This document shows, piece by piece, positions 26,501-41,500 of a stretch of 64,000 bases of DNA. Numbering within the stretch: the first letter of the stretch is position 1; each line of letters opens with the position of its first letter. Below the pieces are notes generated by a model that made no database searches, was not told where the DNA came from, and saw nothing but the letters and a program-made list of their open reading frames with translations. The position numbers and the translations under genes are program-made. This DNA is from Flectonema sp. DT1601 (Eukaryota). Location: NCBI GenBank assembly GCA_964019425.1, contig OZ025804.1, forward strand, positions 868,001 to 932,000, written 5' to 3'.

Positions 26501-29500
26501 ACCTACCCGATTGACAAAGAGACGTCCATGAAGTCACTAGAAGTTGGTGAATTGAAATGCTTTCTCCGTAATTTCCACACTGCTAACAAACACATTCCTG
26601 CTTCTTATGTTCATAGTCTTGTTAAACCCCATAATAATAAAGGGCATTGGGTGACGTTTGACAATTTTAATTTGTCATACGCATTTCTTGTTTTGATGTT
26701 GGCGAAAGGGTTCCACTGTGTTGGAACAGCCTGACGGAACGGAAAGGTGTTGATGTTACAAAACCGAAGGCTACCACTGGACCGGACGACTAAGCAAATC
26801 GGAAGTGAAAGAAAGACCGAAGAATCTTACTGCTTCTTACCTTCAGTCAAGCACCTTATCCACCATATAAAGTGGAGAGACTCAAAGGATGTGCATCTTT
26901 TCAGTACTCTTCCCTTACGTGAGCACCGTGTCGATGTATATCGCTGGATTAGGAAGAGAAATAAAAAAGAAAAAGTGCCGATCAAACTACCGTGCAAGTA
27001 GACAGGTACACCAAGACGATGGGAGGTGTTAACCTGATGGATAGCATGAAGGCAAGGGCGAACAGAAACCTTCAAACTAAACGATGGCATCTAAAGGTTT
27101 TCGACTACTTGCTGAAAGTTTCGATGTTCAACACGTTTACCCTTCAAAGGAAATGCGGTAAGGATACTGGTACCTACACACGGTATGTAGAGGAGCTCGC
27201 TATGCAACTCGTCAGTGACGGGACGTCGAGAGACAAGACAACCAATACTACATCTACTATTGACTCGGGTTCGCACTTTTCACATATGTTCAGCACCACT
27301 GAGCACTATCCATCAATATTTGGCACTGCTAAACAATGTAAGTATCACAATACTCGAGTGAGGACTACTTATGGATGCCAGGGGTGAAAGGTTTTTATGT
27401 GTCCTGCACCCTGTTTTGGCAAATACCACTTAAATCTTACAAAGGGGAGAACATTTGCGTCCCATACCACTACCTCTGTGTCGGGAGGTGCTATCCGGGA
27501 AGAATGTACTAAGGGGAAGACCCCTGCACTCACAACAACATCAAAATCGAAGAGGCGCAAGGAGTCATAAGAACTGAGCTTATTTTTGTCTTTGGTGGTG
27601 TTTTCATTTGTTCTGTTCACCCTTTAGGTGGTGAATGTGTGTGTATTTTTAACGGGCAGGCAATGGCGGTTCACTTTGTCACATCACCTTTCCGAGCCCC
27701 CCTACCTCTTTTCCCCGTTAGCTCTTTTTTCAAAAAAAGTCCAAAAACCGGGTTTTACCCCCGTCCGTAATGGGTTAATGAAGATGTTGGTGTTAAGGCG
27801 AAACAAACTAAAAAAATAAAAACAGCATGAGTCCCACCACCTTCAGATTAGTGGTTTAATTATTACTGAAGGAGGTGATTCTGATGACCCTATAATGAAA
27901 TCTATCGTAAATCCATCAGCAAATCCAGCCCTGTTAATGGACGTCATGGGAAGCATGATTAACTGCACAGCCGTATCCCTTCGATTAACATTTCACCAGC
28001 TTATTGCTGCTGTTCGGGTCGCTTATGATCTTAATTTGTTTTCTGATGTAATAGATCGTCAGATTATCACTGGACTCTCTTCGGCATTCAGTCCTTCTGC
28101 GAAACTTCTCGAAATGGACATTCGTCCAATAACAACACTCGGGGATAAAGTATTATTCCAAGTAGGGGAGACTGATATTTCAATTCTAGGTCCTTCTCTC
28201 ATATCACCGAGAACACCTGACATTACAGTTGGTTGTGAACACTTATGTTTAGTAAGCGTTGGAAACAGAGGTGTCTCTGATAATGAAACAGCGGAGATGC
28301 TTGTGAGAAAGCCATTTGTGACTTTAAATTGGAAACAAAATAATTATCCAGAACAACTACTGCAGGTAGTAACGGATGTGAGAGAAAAGCTGCTACAGCG
28401 GAATAGTCGAGGTGCGAACAGCTCACCTCAAATATCTCCAAGTAGAAGAGGTTCTAGAGGTTTGTCTCATAGTCAGATAGTTAGAAAAGTAAAATCTGAA
28501 AGGGGACCAAATAAGCTACCAACTACTACTACTAATGATGAGAAGGAGCAGACCGATGGCTCGTTTGCTCCTCAATTCTTCTTTCCTCAGTTGACTAAAA
28601 TAATTTATTCTGTTACAGATGTTCATGTCTCTGTTTCATTACCTTCTAGTTCTAAAGTAATACTAACACTGTCTGGTATGTCAGCATCTCTTGAGACTAT
28701 CACACCCAAAGCCTTCGTCACCTTCACCAACCCAGCTGTTTATATTTGTGACATAGCAGTGTTGCATCCTCCTACAGAAATAAACTTCTCGTTGTATGAA
28801 CATGCGTCTGTTACTGTTAATAAATTAATGTTAACATTGCCTCCATCAAATATCAAACTTTTAATAAATTTTGCTACGGAGCTACGAGGGTGTTTGGCTG
28901 CTAGAATGATTGCTGAGAAGGTCACGTGGAAAGCAAACGTTTTATCGATTCTGTCACAACGTCGAAGGCAACGGAGAGACATTGTAACAGCAGAGGGTCG
29001 AGAGAAGCTCATATCTGATTACGAAACGATGATGATGTATTTAACCATGGGTGGTAGATGTCCTTGTAAAACTGTCAACGCTCAATCCTACTACAATATT
29101 CTAAGTAGGACTGTTGGAGGTTCTGCTGTTGCAATTGAACACAGAAGAAGAATTGTAAACAGCGTTCCAGGTGGTGTGAAAATGTTGACTTCCCCAAAAC
29201 ATAAGATCCAATCGATCGCTTCAATTTTGTCACCGAAATCTCCGATGAAATCAGACGTCAGTTTTGATAGTCCTCTGAAGAAGAAATTATTATCAAAAAG
29301 ACCAAAAAGATTAAACGAACTATCCCTATTGACATCACCATTAAGATCACCTGTTGGGACTGTTGATAAATTGTATTCAACTTCGTCAGAAGGTCATTCA
29401 ATTCAAGAATGTATTACTTTGTTGTTGTCAAAGTTTCAAAAACTAAGTCTAACAATTCATAATTTATACTTAGACTTGGATCAATCAGACGGAGATGGAA

Positions 29501-32500
29501 AAGTTAAGAAAACGACATCAAAATCTCACGTTCACATCTCTGGTAATGAAATCAACATCGTTGCAGCAGCTGATGGAAGTTTTTCAACTCTTGATGTGGG
29601 TGAGTTAGAGATTCACAAGTTCGGATCCTGTGCTAAACTATCAGTCAGCTTCAATAAGGATTCTGGTGTTTCTCTCTCTGCCAATACTTTAGAATACGCT
29701 CATCAACATAAAAATGAACTCATGCAGTTGGTGTCATCATACACTTCAATCATTCAAACAAAGAAAGATTTTAAAAGATTTAAATTCTACACTGAAATGA
29801 TTTCGAATCCTTTGGGTGGAGCGTCAGGTTTCACGAGACATGTTTTAAATGTTTCGAATTTAGTATTTCTCGATTCTTTGCAATCACCTTTAATACTTTC
29901 AGAGTTACTAGTTGTAAAAGCAACGGGAATGTTTGCCTGTATTGAAGCAAGATCCACATCAATGGAAAAACCAAGTATCATTCTCTGTGACACTGCAGAT
30001 GATCCTCTCTTTATAATCTGTGATACGGTTTTAGTTTTAAGGAGACTTCACATCGTTACTTCAATTCAAAATTGGAATGAGAAATACGTCTCAATTATTG
30101 GAACAGGTAAAATCCATTTAGTTGACTGTACGGTGACCTGTTGTGGAGTTATTGGTGGTCCTGCTGAACAAAAACAACCCATCTTTCCAATAACTAACTC
30201 AATTCCGAATATCAACGTCGATATATCGAAGTTGTGTTGTTTTGCTGATGATAATGTCGTGTTTGAAACAAGTAATCTGAGTGGTGGATTTATTGCGAGA
30301 GATTCACGTCGAAAACTGTCGTACTCAACATTGGACTCAACATTTGATACAATTAACTCAGGAACTAAAACTAAAGTACTTCCTGAGCTACGACTCTCGA
30401 TGGAATCAATAATCGTAAAACAAAATTTCGAACCAGTTGGACACTGCAAGAACAAAACAGATAATCAAAACTGCATAACGGTAATAGCAAGTTTAGAGGA
30501 AGATGGTGACGACACTACGTACAGAGTCGGAGTAAACATATCATCGACTGATGTACATATTGAAGAGTACAAGAAAGTAGTAAAACATCACAAGATTGAC
30601 GATGATTTTTCTGACAGTTCTTCAGACAAGTCACTCTCACCAACATCAAAGGCTTCGAGTTTTGACGTCGAATCGTTGGAGGCATTGAAATTAACAATTC
30701 CAGACGGATTGTCTCTTAATTTCGCTCTTTTTTTAACACCGAATCAAGACTTGCAAGATATCACTCACACTGGTCATCGTAAACAACAATCAGAGACTAC
30801 TCCTCATCATTATTACCTTCCTCATATTCTCATGGCTCCAAGTGTTGTTACTCTGAATTGTGAATCAGGGTTTAGTTTTGAGAATTCATATTGTAGTACT
30901 GAAATCAAACATGTTAATATAAATATTCCATTCTGTCAAATGATGACCATAGCTGAAGAAGAACTCGACAAATTTAATATCGACTTTGGGAACATCACAA
31001 TCGATTTAAAGAAAAAATATTCTCCAACTCCGACGATAGACCCTCCGACATCTGACCCTGACAAGGCAACTTTAGCTGAGATATGTTATAAGAGAGATTT
31101 GGAAGCTTATGTTTATGAAACAAGTTTAATGTCAAAACAGGTTTTTAGAGATACCTGTCGTGGTCGTGTTAACGGAAAGAGCATTCGATCACTAGTAGAC
31201 CGTTATCTAATGACTGGGAAAGCTTCGATTGGTAGTATTAGTTTGAGTCTCTGTTTTGAGACTTTATCAAAATCCTGTAGTGGAAGTGTTAAGGATAATA
31301 ATATTCAAATGTTTCTTAGAAAACCTCACTTCTTTAGAGGAAGTCAACAAACCAACACTTTCATTACAAAGTCTGGTCCTGAGAATGACGTCGGACCGTT
31401 AGTTTGCTCACTGGAGACACCTGATGTTGAAATAAATAACTTCAAAGTAATGAGCAACAGTGGTAAGATCCACGGTGTGATTCACTCAACAAGAAGTATT
31501 GATTTCACAGTACGTGGGGTTCGACTCACAGCAACACCAGACCTCATAAAAGAAGTGTCTGGATGGTTACCCGAAACCCCCCCTGAAGCTCCATACCACT
31601 CAAGGTACATCCGTGACATTGTTAATTCATATGAGACAGGAATAAGAGAAGTTCCTTCTCCTCACTACACTCTGTCATCTGATACAGTTGTATGTTGTAG
31701 AAGAGACGCTCAGGAACTTCTATTTCAGAAATCAGCACATAAAGATGCTGCTCAGCTACAATCAGAAAGAGAATTATTTATTCGGAACTTGGGACTCTTA
31801 TCAAGAGCTGCCTGGACTATTTATGTTCCAGAAACTGATGATCACACTCCCAGGTCGAGGGCTCAAAGATTACGTCAAAAGAAACAAGTCGGAAGGAGGT
31901 TGAACATTACTAATCTTGAAGCAGAAGTAATCGATTTGATTGTATTGCGTACCAGCGTCACAATCGTCACTTCGCTGACGAAAACTGAAGCAACAGTTCC
32001 GTCGATGGAAGTTCTGGTGGCTGCTGTTGATCCTATTAATAATACTCCTGTGAGACTCGCTGTTTTTAAAATTAGTAATCCTGGAATCCAAATCACAACT
32101 TCCAGAGGTGATCGCAGCAGTTATCTTTCAATAACAACAATTGGAACACCAGACGACAACAACAACACCATCGCTATCGATATCAGTAATGAAGTTGTAA
32201 TTGAAAAGCTACTCAGTCTGACTCATAAAGAAATCCCATTACCTTCAAACCCTTTCGAACATATTCAACAAAGTGATAACAACAGAGAAGTCATAACAGA
32301 GATCCATGGGATTAATGAAACAGTAAACGGAACAGTTGGTATGGTCCTACCTGGATACCCACCAGTAAGCACTAATAAAGATGATGATTTAGCGAGCACT
32401 GAGTACATTATTGTACGGCAACTTCAAACAGAACAAAACGGTGAAGAAGGGAAGGTTGTGGTTCTTCCAAGATGTGATTTAATTGATTCCGATTCTAATT

Positions 32501-35500
32501 TTCAAAGTAGATTCGCAGCTCGAAAACATGTTGAGGACAAAGCAATCTTCAGCTGTAAAATTATTGGAATCTCTGTAAGCCTTCCAACAGACACCAAGAT
32601 CTCAATATCATCAGTCAGCAGTAATGACAATGCGTACACAATAACAGATCTTACTATCGATGCTGGTGATGAACAAATTGTTAAGTTAGATATGATGTCA
32701 CTTCACATTCCAAAACAAAGTTGTCTTTGTGACGGTCTCGGAGCACTATTCACGATATCAATAAACGACATCGCAATAGTAACAACTCCGTCATCTCTAT
32801 TAGCAGTAACAACTACACTCACATCAGTTCAGGAATTGTTATTGTTATCAGGACCTGCTCAACCAATATTATGGACACTACCTGACTTCAGTACGCTATC
32901 AATTCATCAAGGGATGTCAGGGTTGTACTTTATTGTTTTAAGAAGACCTAATACAGTAAAACAATTCATTCCTTGTAATAAATATTTACAAGTCTCAATT
33001 TCTGAAAATGATCTAAACGGTTACACTACAGTGACAATGCGGCAGATTAGAGATGTTGAGGGAAATGCGAGGGGATCGATCTGGATATCAGATTTATTTT
33101 TTATGTTGAATTGGGATGAGGGGTCTGAAGGTCCTTTACGACTTGAAATTGCAAATAGGAATCAAATGCAGGTCGAGGAGATAGCAATCACATCGGAGTT
33201 GAGGAATGATAACCTGATGGAGTTCACATTAACAGCTGTGGGTGAACGTACTGTTAGTACTGTCTTACAGAATGAAGATTTGTTAATAATCAGAGATCTG
33301 CAACACATGGCAAGAGCTTCTCGTATCTGTTTTACAATAATACCTGCTAATATTCTTGAAGGAATTGAAAGAGGGAATTCCTTCCCGCAGGGTCAACGTG
33401 ATTCCTGGTCAGTTGAATGTAATCTCAAGACAGCTGAAGAGATCATTGAGGCAACTCGAATCACGCGTATTAGAAATAATGCTCACTATCAACAGGCGGA
33501 GATTCGAACTTGTAAATGTACTCAACCAAAAACATTAAATAATCCTCCAAAACAATATCGAAGATACATTCTTCATGGCAGATGTGATTGTACGAAGTGT
33601 CAGCCTGGTAAGGTTATTGAAGGCAGTCGATTCACACAGTTAAATACGACTAGGATTTCAATAAAAGAACTGAACACCACGATTAAGGCTGAACACGGCA
33701 TGGAGATAGTCTCACTCAAAGGAAACTCCATTGATTCTGAATTCTCAATGAGATTCCATGGAAACAGTTTCTCTCTTCGAGCGAATACATTAAATGTGAT
33801 GGAGAACAGTTGTGAAATCACATTAATTGATAAGTTTCATTACAATACTAACTTTTCTGTTAATCTATTTGATGGTTTATTCATCACAAATGACCTCTTC
33901 CAAGAGAGTTGTCACCCAACAGTTCCTCAGAGGACACAAACTATTTCGATTGGCTATCTTAAAAGTAGTTTAAACACCCCTTCCATCAATCGACTTTTAG
34001 TTGGACTTCCTGTTGTTCTTCCGGCTGGGATGCGGTTTGCTCCACTTCTTGCACCTGAAGTTCCGATGAGATTCTCACCTGAAGTAGTGTCGACGTATTG
34101 TTGTTTTGATGTTAAAGTTGTTATGGTTCAGTGTTTTGGGTTTTCACTCAAAGTGACTGATGCGAAGTTAGTCGTATTCCTGCAACCACATCAGCAACAA
34201 TTCCAATTCAATATTGATAAAGAAACATCTGTGATCGCTTCAGAGAAAATATTTTCCATATCTCAAATAGAAACTCTCTTCAGACTTGACAAGAGAACTT
34301 ATAACAGAAGTGGAGTCATGACTGAAAGAATCGCAAAAGGAAGTATTGGAAAGATAAGAATTGATTTGTATGAAAGTGCGTTATTTGATATTTATAACTT
34401 CATGAGAGAATTAAAAGGAATCTTTAGTGACACAGTCCTTGAGAGTGACAGTGAAGAATCATTATCTGATTTAGATTTCATTGGAACTCAGACTCGCAGA
34501 CAAACAATATCAGTGGTATCAACAGAGGAGATTACTGCTATTGAGGATGATTTTGATTTCCATCCTCAACCTGTCGAGTATCTCGGTCTGTCAAATGACG
34601 TCGATCTGCTATTCGAAGGAATCTCTCTGTCGTACACTCCTGAAATAAAGCCACTCACGAAGAGTAAAAACACTCCAAAATGCGTCATAAATATCGATCA
34701 CGGGTTTAGAATTCAAGCACATCGAGTCTTACAAGGTGCTCATTGGCATGAAAAATGGAAATTACGAACATTAAAAATAGTCATCCCAGGACTGGTAACT
34801 GATATTGAACTTCAACTGAGAGCTACCAGACAATTAGCTCACTTGGAAGAGTCTTTGATACGAAAAGAACAAACAAGTGTTATACAAGACTTAGAATGGA
34901 GTAACAGTATGGTATTGGAGAGGGTACCTGATGATAATGAAACACTTCGATCGTGTATTGGTTTTAGATGTGTTTCAATTAATGAAGACATCATCGCATC
35001 AAAGGACTGCGTCAATAAGTTCTGTTCAGAAAATAAAACGACTGGGCAGATTGTATTCTCATTGTGGAATGACGTGACTGTCTCAGTTAATAACATTACA
35101 GTTATTCTCTCTCCTATCGTGTCTTGTTTTGATAAAGCAAAAACTGAAATTAGTAATTCTCCTTTGTTTAAACCAACAAAGAAATCTGAAGAAGTCCCAC
35201 AATCACAACAACACGTTCACAGAAGTACTTCAATCATATTGTCTCTTGGATCTTTTCAAATGTCTAGTAGAAATGACATAACCAGCACTGATAAACCATC
35301 ACTTTTTATTAGAGATCTGTACGCAACTGGTACGTTGTGTAGTAGTAGAAAATCTTTTACTATTGACCACCCGAGTATTGTAGTGTCTTATCTACCGACG
35401 ACTCCTCATTGGACTTCCTTGAGTAATCAACTTGGAACGACTATAACAACAGGAAGGTATAACTGTAGGGATGTTGTGTTTTGTAATAAGAACAATAATG

Positions 35501-38500
35501 AAATGATTTTGATGAAATGGAAATATGGAAGACAGAGGAAAGATGTTGTTGAGAATAATGAAATTAATGAGATGTTGTCGGAGAGCAGTTCAAGTGAAGA
35601 TATTTCTCAAAACTATTCAAATAACGAAACACCACATTCATCATCAGATAGAGTTTTAATAACATCTCGAAGCTCTGATTTCGTAATCGAAGCAAAGGAA
35701 GATTCAATTTCTTATTTAGGTGAAGGACTGCTACTAATTAATGGAATCAACGTTGATACAAGAAAACAGATCCGACAATACTACCGACTTGATAATGATA
35801 AACGTAACTCAATCCTGGGAGACATTAGATCACTCTTCCCCAACTGTAGAGTTCCTGACACGATATATATACCACTTCAGTTATTGAAATATGGATCTGA
35901 GAATAAACCTGATGGTAAAACAGTATTAAAAATTTCCGGAATTGCTCCAACTTACAAAGCAGATGTCGTTACATCTTTCTCACCTCTTTTATGTGTCCTA
36001 GCAAGAGATGTGTATTACACTGTGGAAGAAGAATGGAATACGATTACGGGTGTTGTTCATACTGCTCAGGGTATTTATGCTGATCAAGCGTCTGTTGGTT
36101 CTCATATGGCGAGCTTTCGTCGGACGAAAAGTACCAACAGCAACAGGATGACTATTAGTAATTTATCAGGTGGTAGAGATATCAAATATCCGGAAATGAG
36201 TTTTTATGATGAACCACCAGAGACGTCACTTCCGTTGCATTCTCATCGTCGATTGTCAGCAATTCAGACGATTTCAAGATTTGATATGCGAGAATTAGAA
36301 AACTTCACCGATCCAGATAAAATATGGACGTTCTATATTAGTGATGACGTGTGTCTTGGTCCTCCTAATTCAAGTGTTGATGCTACTCAGTGGATTGTAA
36401 CGACAACTACTCAACATGAAATTATTATAGTCATGAAAGGTTGTGTTAGTGAAGATGATGACATCCTTCCTACGGTAGAACTAAATATCGATCGACTGAA
36501 ACAAAAAATAGTATCCGACGAAGACCCAGCTGAGTATTGTAATATTTACGGTGCGTATATTCATCCGCTGGTCTTATTGAGATTTGAAAATTTAAACATC
36601 CGAACTGTTTATTCAGATATCAAACCGTGGGACTACTTTAAAGGAAGTGTTGAGTTTTTAAATTGCACATTTTCGCATTCTCATGCCGGAGAATCGTTTT
36701 CAATATCTAGAAAACACAAACACATCTACAGAGGAGCAGCACTTGGACTTGCTAGAGTAGGTCACACTAGTATACTTGATTCGATGCCTTTTATTAATTT
36801 AAATGTTTCAATATCTGTACCTGAAGTTCAGGTTTACATGACTGAGAAGTCTTCAGATCCATCAAAAATGATGTTCGGACTCGCATTTGACGATTTTGGT
36901 CTTCGTCTTCGATGTTCTCAACAAGAATCTCGTGAGAATCTCGAGAGAGTTGGGGCACGTGTTTGGATTAAAAAGATTAAGTTAACGGGAATGACTATTC
37001 AAAATTGGATTGACAGAAGGATAAAACAATTAAAATCAATCAACGTCGATGCTGTCAGAAGAGCAATCTCTTCAGGTAGTATTCCAATTCAAAAAGACGA
37101 AATTGAATCAAATTGCGACCTCACAGTTGGATCTGTTGTTTCACTTTCAAAGGAAATAAATTCATCGACTGGAACATTAGTTGGAATGCCGGAAATCCTT
37201 CCAATCGGATCATTACTTAGAGTTCTTTGTGTTGATCCATTGATGTGTTGTCCTGTTCAGGGAATCGCTCGATCTGTTCCTTTAAAATTATCAGCAGCTT
37301 CTTTAAAAGAGATGAAAGCCAAGGCTAAATATTTCCACCGCGGAGGAAGTCTTTTTGAAATGAAATCTGACCGACCGAGTGCTCCTTTGAAAGTAAGATT
37401 TATAAGTCAGAAACCTGTCGGAACACCAGAAGAACAAAACTTACAATTTGGACAACCAAAAGATGATTACAATAAAAACATTACTGGAGTCACTCGACTA
37501 ACTAGAATGGGTGAAGCTCTCACACCAGAAGAACGACAAGAGTGTGCTGATGCTCTCGGAGTTGAAGTGCATCAGTTATCAGATGCATGTCGTCAATTTA
37601 TTGAAATCCAATCTCCGATCGAAAGGCTTCAGTTTGGTCCTTATCTCGATACACTTGATGATCATGACTTTAGAGTTCTCGCAACAGAGGCTGGGATATT
37701 AACTCATTCATTACCAAGAGTTGATTTAATGGTTGTCATCAGAGAGAAGTATGAAACCCATTCTCGTGTGAGAAGTCTTCGACACAATCAGAGACCTATT
37801 ATGGCTTGTGATACTATTTCGGGAAAGTTTAGATATCCTTGTGGGACATTTCCTTATTATTGGGTTCAAGAGACTGAACTACGACAAATCGCTTCATACT
37901 CAACTCGAACAGTTGGATCACTTGTAATGTATGTTGGTGACAGTAGTAACGGTCTTCCTCATGGAATTCAAGTTATTGTTGACAAGGTAACCTCTGATGG
38001 ACGTATCCGAGTTAAACCTGATTTTAAATCACTCCCCGTGATACCCTTCCGAGTCACCATCACTCAAGCAACTGGAATAGTTGCCAAACCATCTCTGATT
38101 GATTTAAGAGCGTTATCCACGCTGTTGAGAGGCAGTGCCGTAGCGAAACCGACTCATCCAATTGTAAAGAAAAAAGTCTCAGGCAAAACTAACGGAGAAG
38201 TCGCACAAACTTCAAATAAAACTTTAACAAGACACCAGAGAATACTTAACGGTGAACTCGCAATAGACATCAGTCACATATGGTTCTCTGTTTTAGACAA
38301 TTCTGGTACCAGTCTTGTAGAAGTTCTTAGGTTAAATTGTAATGGAATAAGAGCAAAGTTCAATTGGAGAGGAAAGTCAATTCAAGAAATTACGAAAGCT
38401 TCAATATTTGGAACATTTGGAGCGATGATGTCGATGAGACATTTTAATACTTACTCTGGTGCGTGGGAACCAATTTTAAATAATTATGGAATAATAATCT

Positions 38501-41500
38501 CAATGGAAAACACTAGAAACTATCTCAGTCGTGAAGGTGGAACGGAATACAAACAGCGTGTTTCAATCACTCCGTTCAGAACTTCAGAAGGAACAGGAAG
38601 CTCAACTACGATGGAAATCGCTATCACCGCACACTCTTTAAGAACTTTAAGACAATTAGTAATGTCAGGTGAAACACTAACTAATGGTTATAAAGAAAAG
38701 TCAGCTCTACTACTCGACAAAGACGAGTACAGAATCATAAACAGCAGTGGCATTGAAGTCACTTTCGTTGAACGTGTTGAGATGGAATGGGAGAACCAAC
38801 CTGACTCACCATTCAGAGTAACATCAGACGGCCAGACTACCAGTAGTTCTGATACACAGTCTTTGAATATGATTAGAACCTGTACTCAGATTCCGGAAAA
38901 AAGATTTGTTGTCTGTTCGATAATAATTGAGAATATCGTAAAAGCTGACACATCAGCACTACTTGGTATTGTTGACTCAACAGGTTATCCTGTAGCTGTT
39001 AGAATAACTGATGGAGCTATTCTTATTGGAGATGATGTTGTTGGAAGTTCTCTTAAAACAACTTCTGAGAGATCACAACTAACAGTGGCACTTGATCCTA
39101 CTTATCAAACAATTACATTTTCTTATTCTGATTCTCCTTCTGAATCCTCAAGACCAATACGACTACCAACTTTAACATCACCGTATTACATCGCTGCTTG
39201 GACTACAAAGTTTGGATGGATGTTTACTTTGCCATCGGATTTACAGAAGGCTGCTGTATTCCTACCCGGAAACTACGGCAGTCAACACGCGACTCCAATC
39301 GATAGTTTGAGATTGCCTTATTTTGATTTGTTTCCTGGAAAAGTTTATCCAACAACAAACCTAAAAACAAAACCAACAACAATGATTCCTTACGGCAGAG
39401 TATCCCTCCCACTTGAGAGTGAGGTTTGGTGGGTTTGGAGAATGTTAGCACCCAATGAGAAATCAAAGCATGCAGACTACACTAAAAGTGTATTTAATAC
39501 ACTCTACGCTATGCAACATGTCGCTATAGGTTGTCCTGGTACTGAACCAGGGTGTAAGGTTTGCTCTAAAAATAAGAATTTTGAAACATCAAAAGTACAC
39601 CGAAAACTGACTCCTCGTCTTAAAATTAACAAACAAGTCGACGGTGGTTCATTTCACACGGTGGTACGATCTGGAATTCGTATTGTGAATAATTGTGAGT
39701 TTCCGATTGCTGTGGAATTTACAGTCACGGGACACAGTGATAAGAACACAAAACAATTATCTGAATTACTAAAAACATTCGAAGGGATCACTCACTGTAT
39801 TACAATAGTACCAGGTATTGGTGACTTGGATGAAACAACTGGTGCGAGAAACTCAACAAATGTAATCGGAGTTGCATTGCCATTCTCAACGAGAGGAGGT
39901 CGAATGAGAATCAGACCAGCAGCATCACTTGAAGACGGAACTTATTTAGGACACGCGGATATCTCAAAAAATATTCAACTTGGGGATTCACAGCATGCGA
40001 AATCTCTTCAAAAACTCCATTGGTCAACCCGTCGAATTCCAACATACGTTTATAACAAAGAAGCAAAAGAATACCAATCTACCAGTGCTAAGTGTCTTCC
40101 ACAAGATAATCAAAGCCCACTTTGTTTTCATGTTGCTTATAATCCTATTGTACCATATGAAAGTGATCATTATTGGTTAGCAAAGACTGAACAGAAGAGG
40201 TTAGATCAAGAGTGTGAGATTGTTGTACAGCCATTGGTGGAATTAATAAATGGGTTACCCTGTAATGTGAGGTACACTGTCTTTAATGGTGAAGCTGGAA
40301 GTGGTAGTTGTGGAGCATTGCAACCGTCTAAATCAGATTTTATAATGTCGAGTGCGAGTGATGAGGAATTGAGATTACAAATTGTTATGGAATCAGATCA
40401 AGGAGGAAGACTTCACCAGACGGAAGCTCTAATTATACATCCGAGTGCTAATGACACGCCAGAAGTTAGAAAGTCTTTCAGTATTGACAGAACTGATGCT
40501 ATTCATCTCCACACTAAACAATCATCAGTTCATCATACTACTTCAACTATTCTTCGTATTGAAGTTGAGAATTTAATTAGTTCTTCTCCAACGTCTCGAT
40601 CACTTCGAACGATTAGAATTTGGGCGTCATTTTGGATACTTAACCAAACCCCTTATAGATTATTCTTAAAGGCCGGTAAACCATTAAAGAACTTAGCAGG
40701 TATATCACCCGAAGGACTACCAAGTGGAGAGATAGAACCAATTTTGTACAGTCATGACGAACAGTCTGATGGCAATGTTGTAAAGTTCACTATCAAAGCT
40801 GAGAATTCAAACTGGTCTGAACCAATGCCTGGGACAATTGGAGTTCATCAAGTAACTTGTGAAGACATAACTAACTTAAGAAGAAGAGTCATTCCATTAT
40901 CAGCGACACTAATGATTGGAAAAGGAGGATCCGTCAGCAGTCGAATCATGTTAATACGAGAAAGATACGTTTGTATTAATCGCTACAAGAAGGGAATCGG
41001 TCTTCGAATGTCTGGCGTCACTATAAAAGATGCCATAACGAGAGTTGGAGCTTACGCAAAAGGTAGAAAAACCCCGAGCAGTGCTATCCAGTGGTTATTC
41101 AATAACGAAACTGTGAAAGGAAGAAAGAGATCTGAAGCTTTTGATGGGTTGTCAAAGCATCCTCATATCCAACTTTGTATTATCGATGAGAATATTGTTT
41201 GGTCTTTTCCTTTTCAAATAAGTGATGTTGGTACTGTTCACGTGAAGGTTAATAATGTTGCTTTAGCTGTGGCGTTCACTATGCAAGATTCGACTATATT
41301 AGTGGAAGTTCAAAAAGCAGAATCGCCTCCTATTCGAATCATCAATAATACTTTTCATGAGATAACTGTTCAGCAAGCAGCACGTATTCCAGATAAGAAA
41401 GCCAACAAGAGACGAAATGCATTTCTTGAGATTGTTGGGAAATCAACTCATCCAACTTACAAACTACCTCCTCTAACAACACTTGACTTCTATTACGACG

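Noticed and set aside
26471..27435. Stop-codon reassignment suggested by in-frame TGA in the transposase and retroelement
   Set aside because: The stops come with frameshifts and are confined to mobile elements. Host genes use TGG for Trp and terminate at TAA, TAG or TGA normally.
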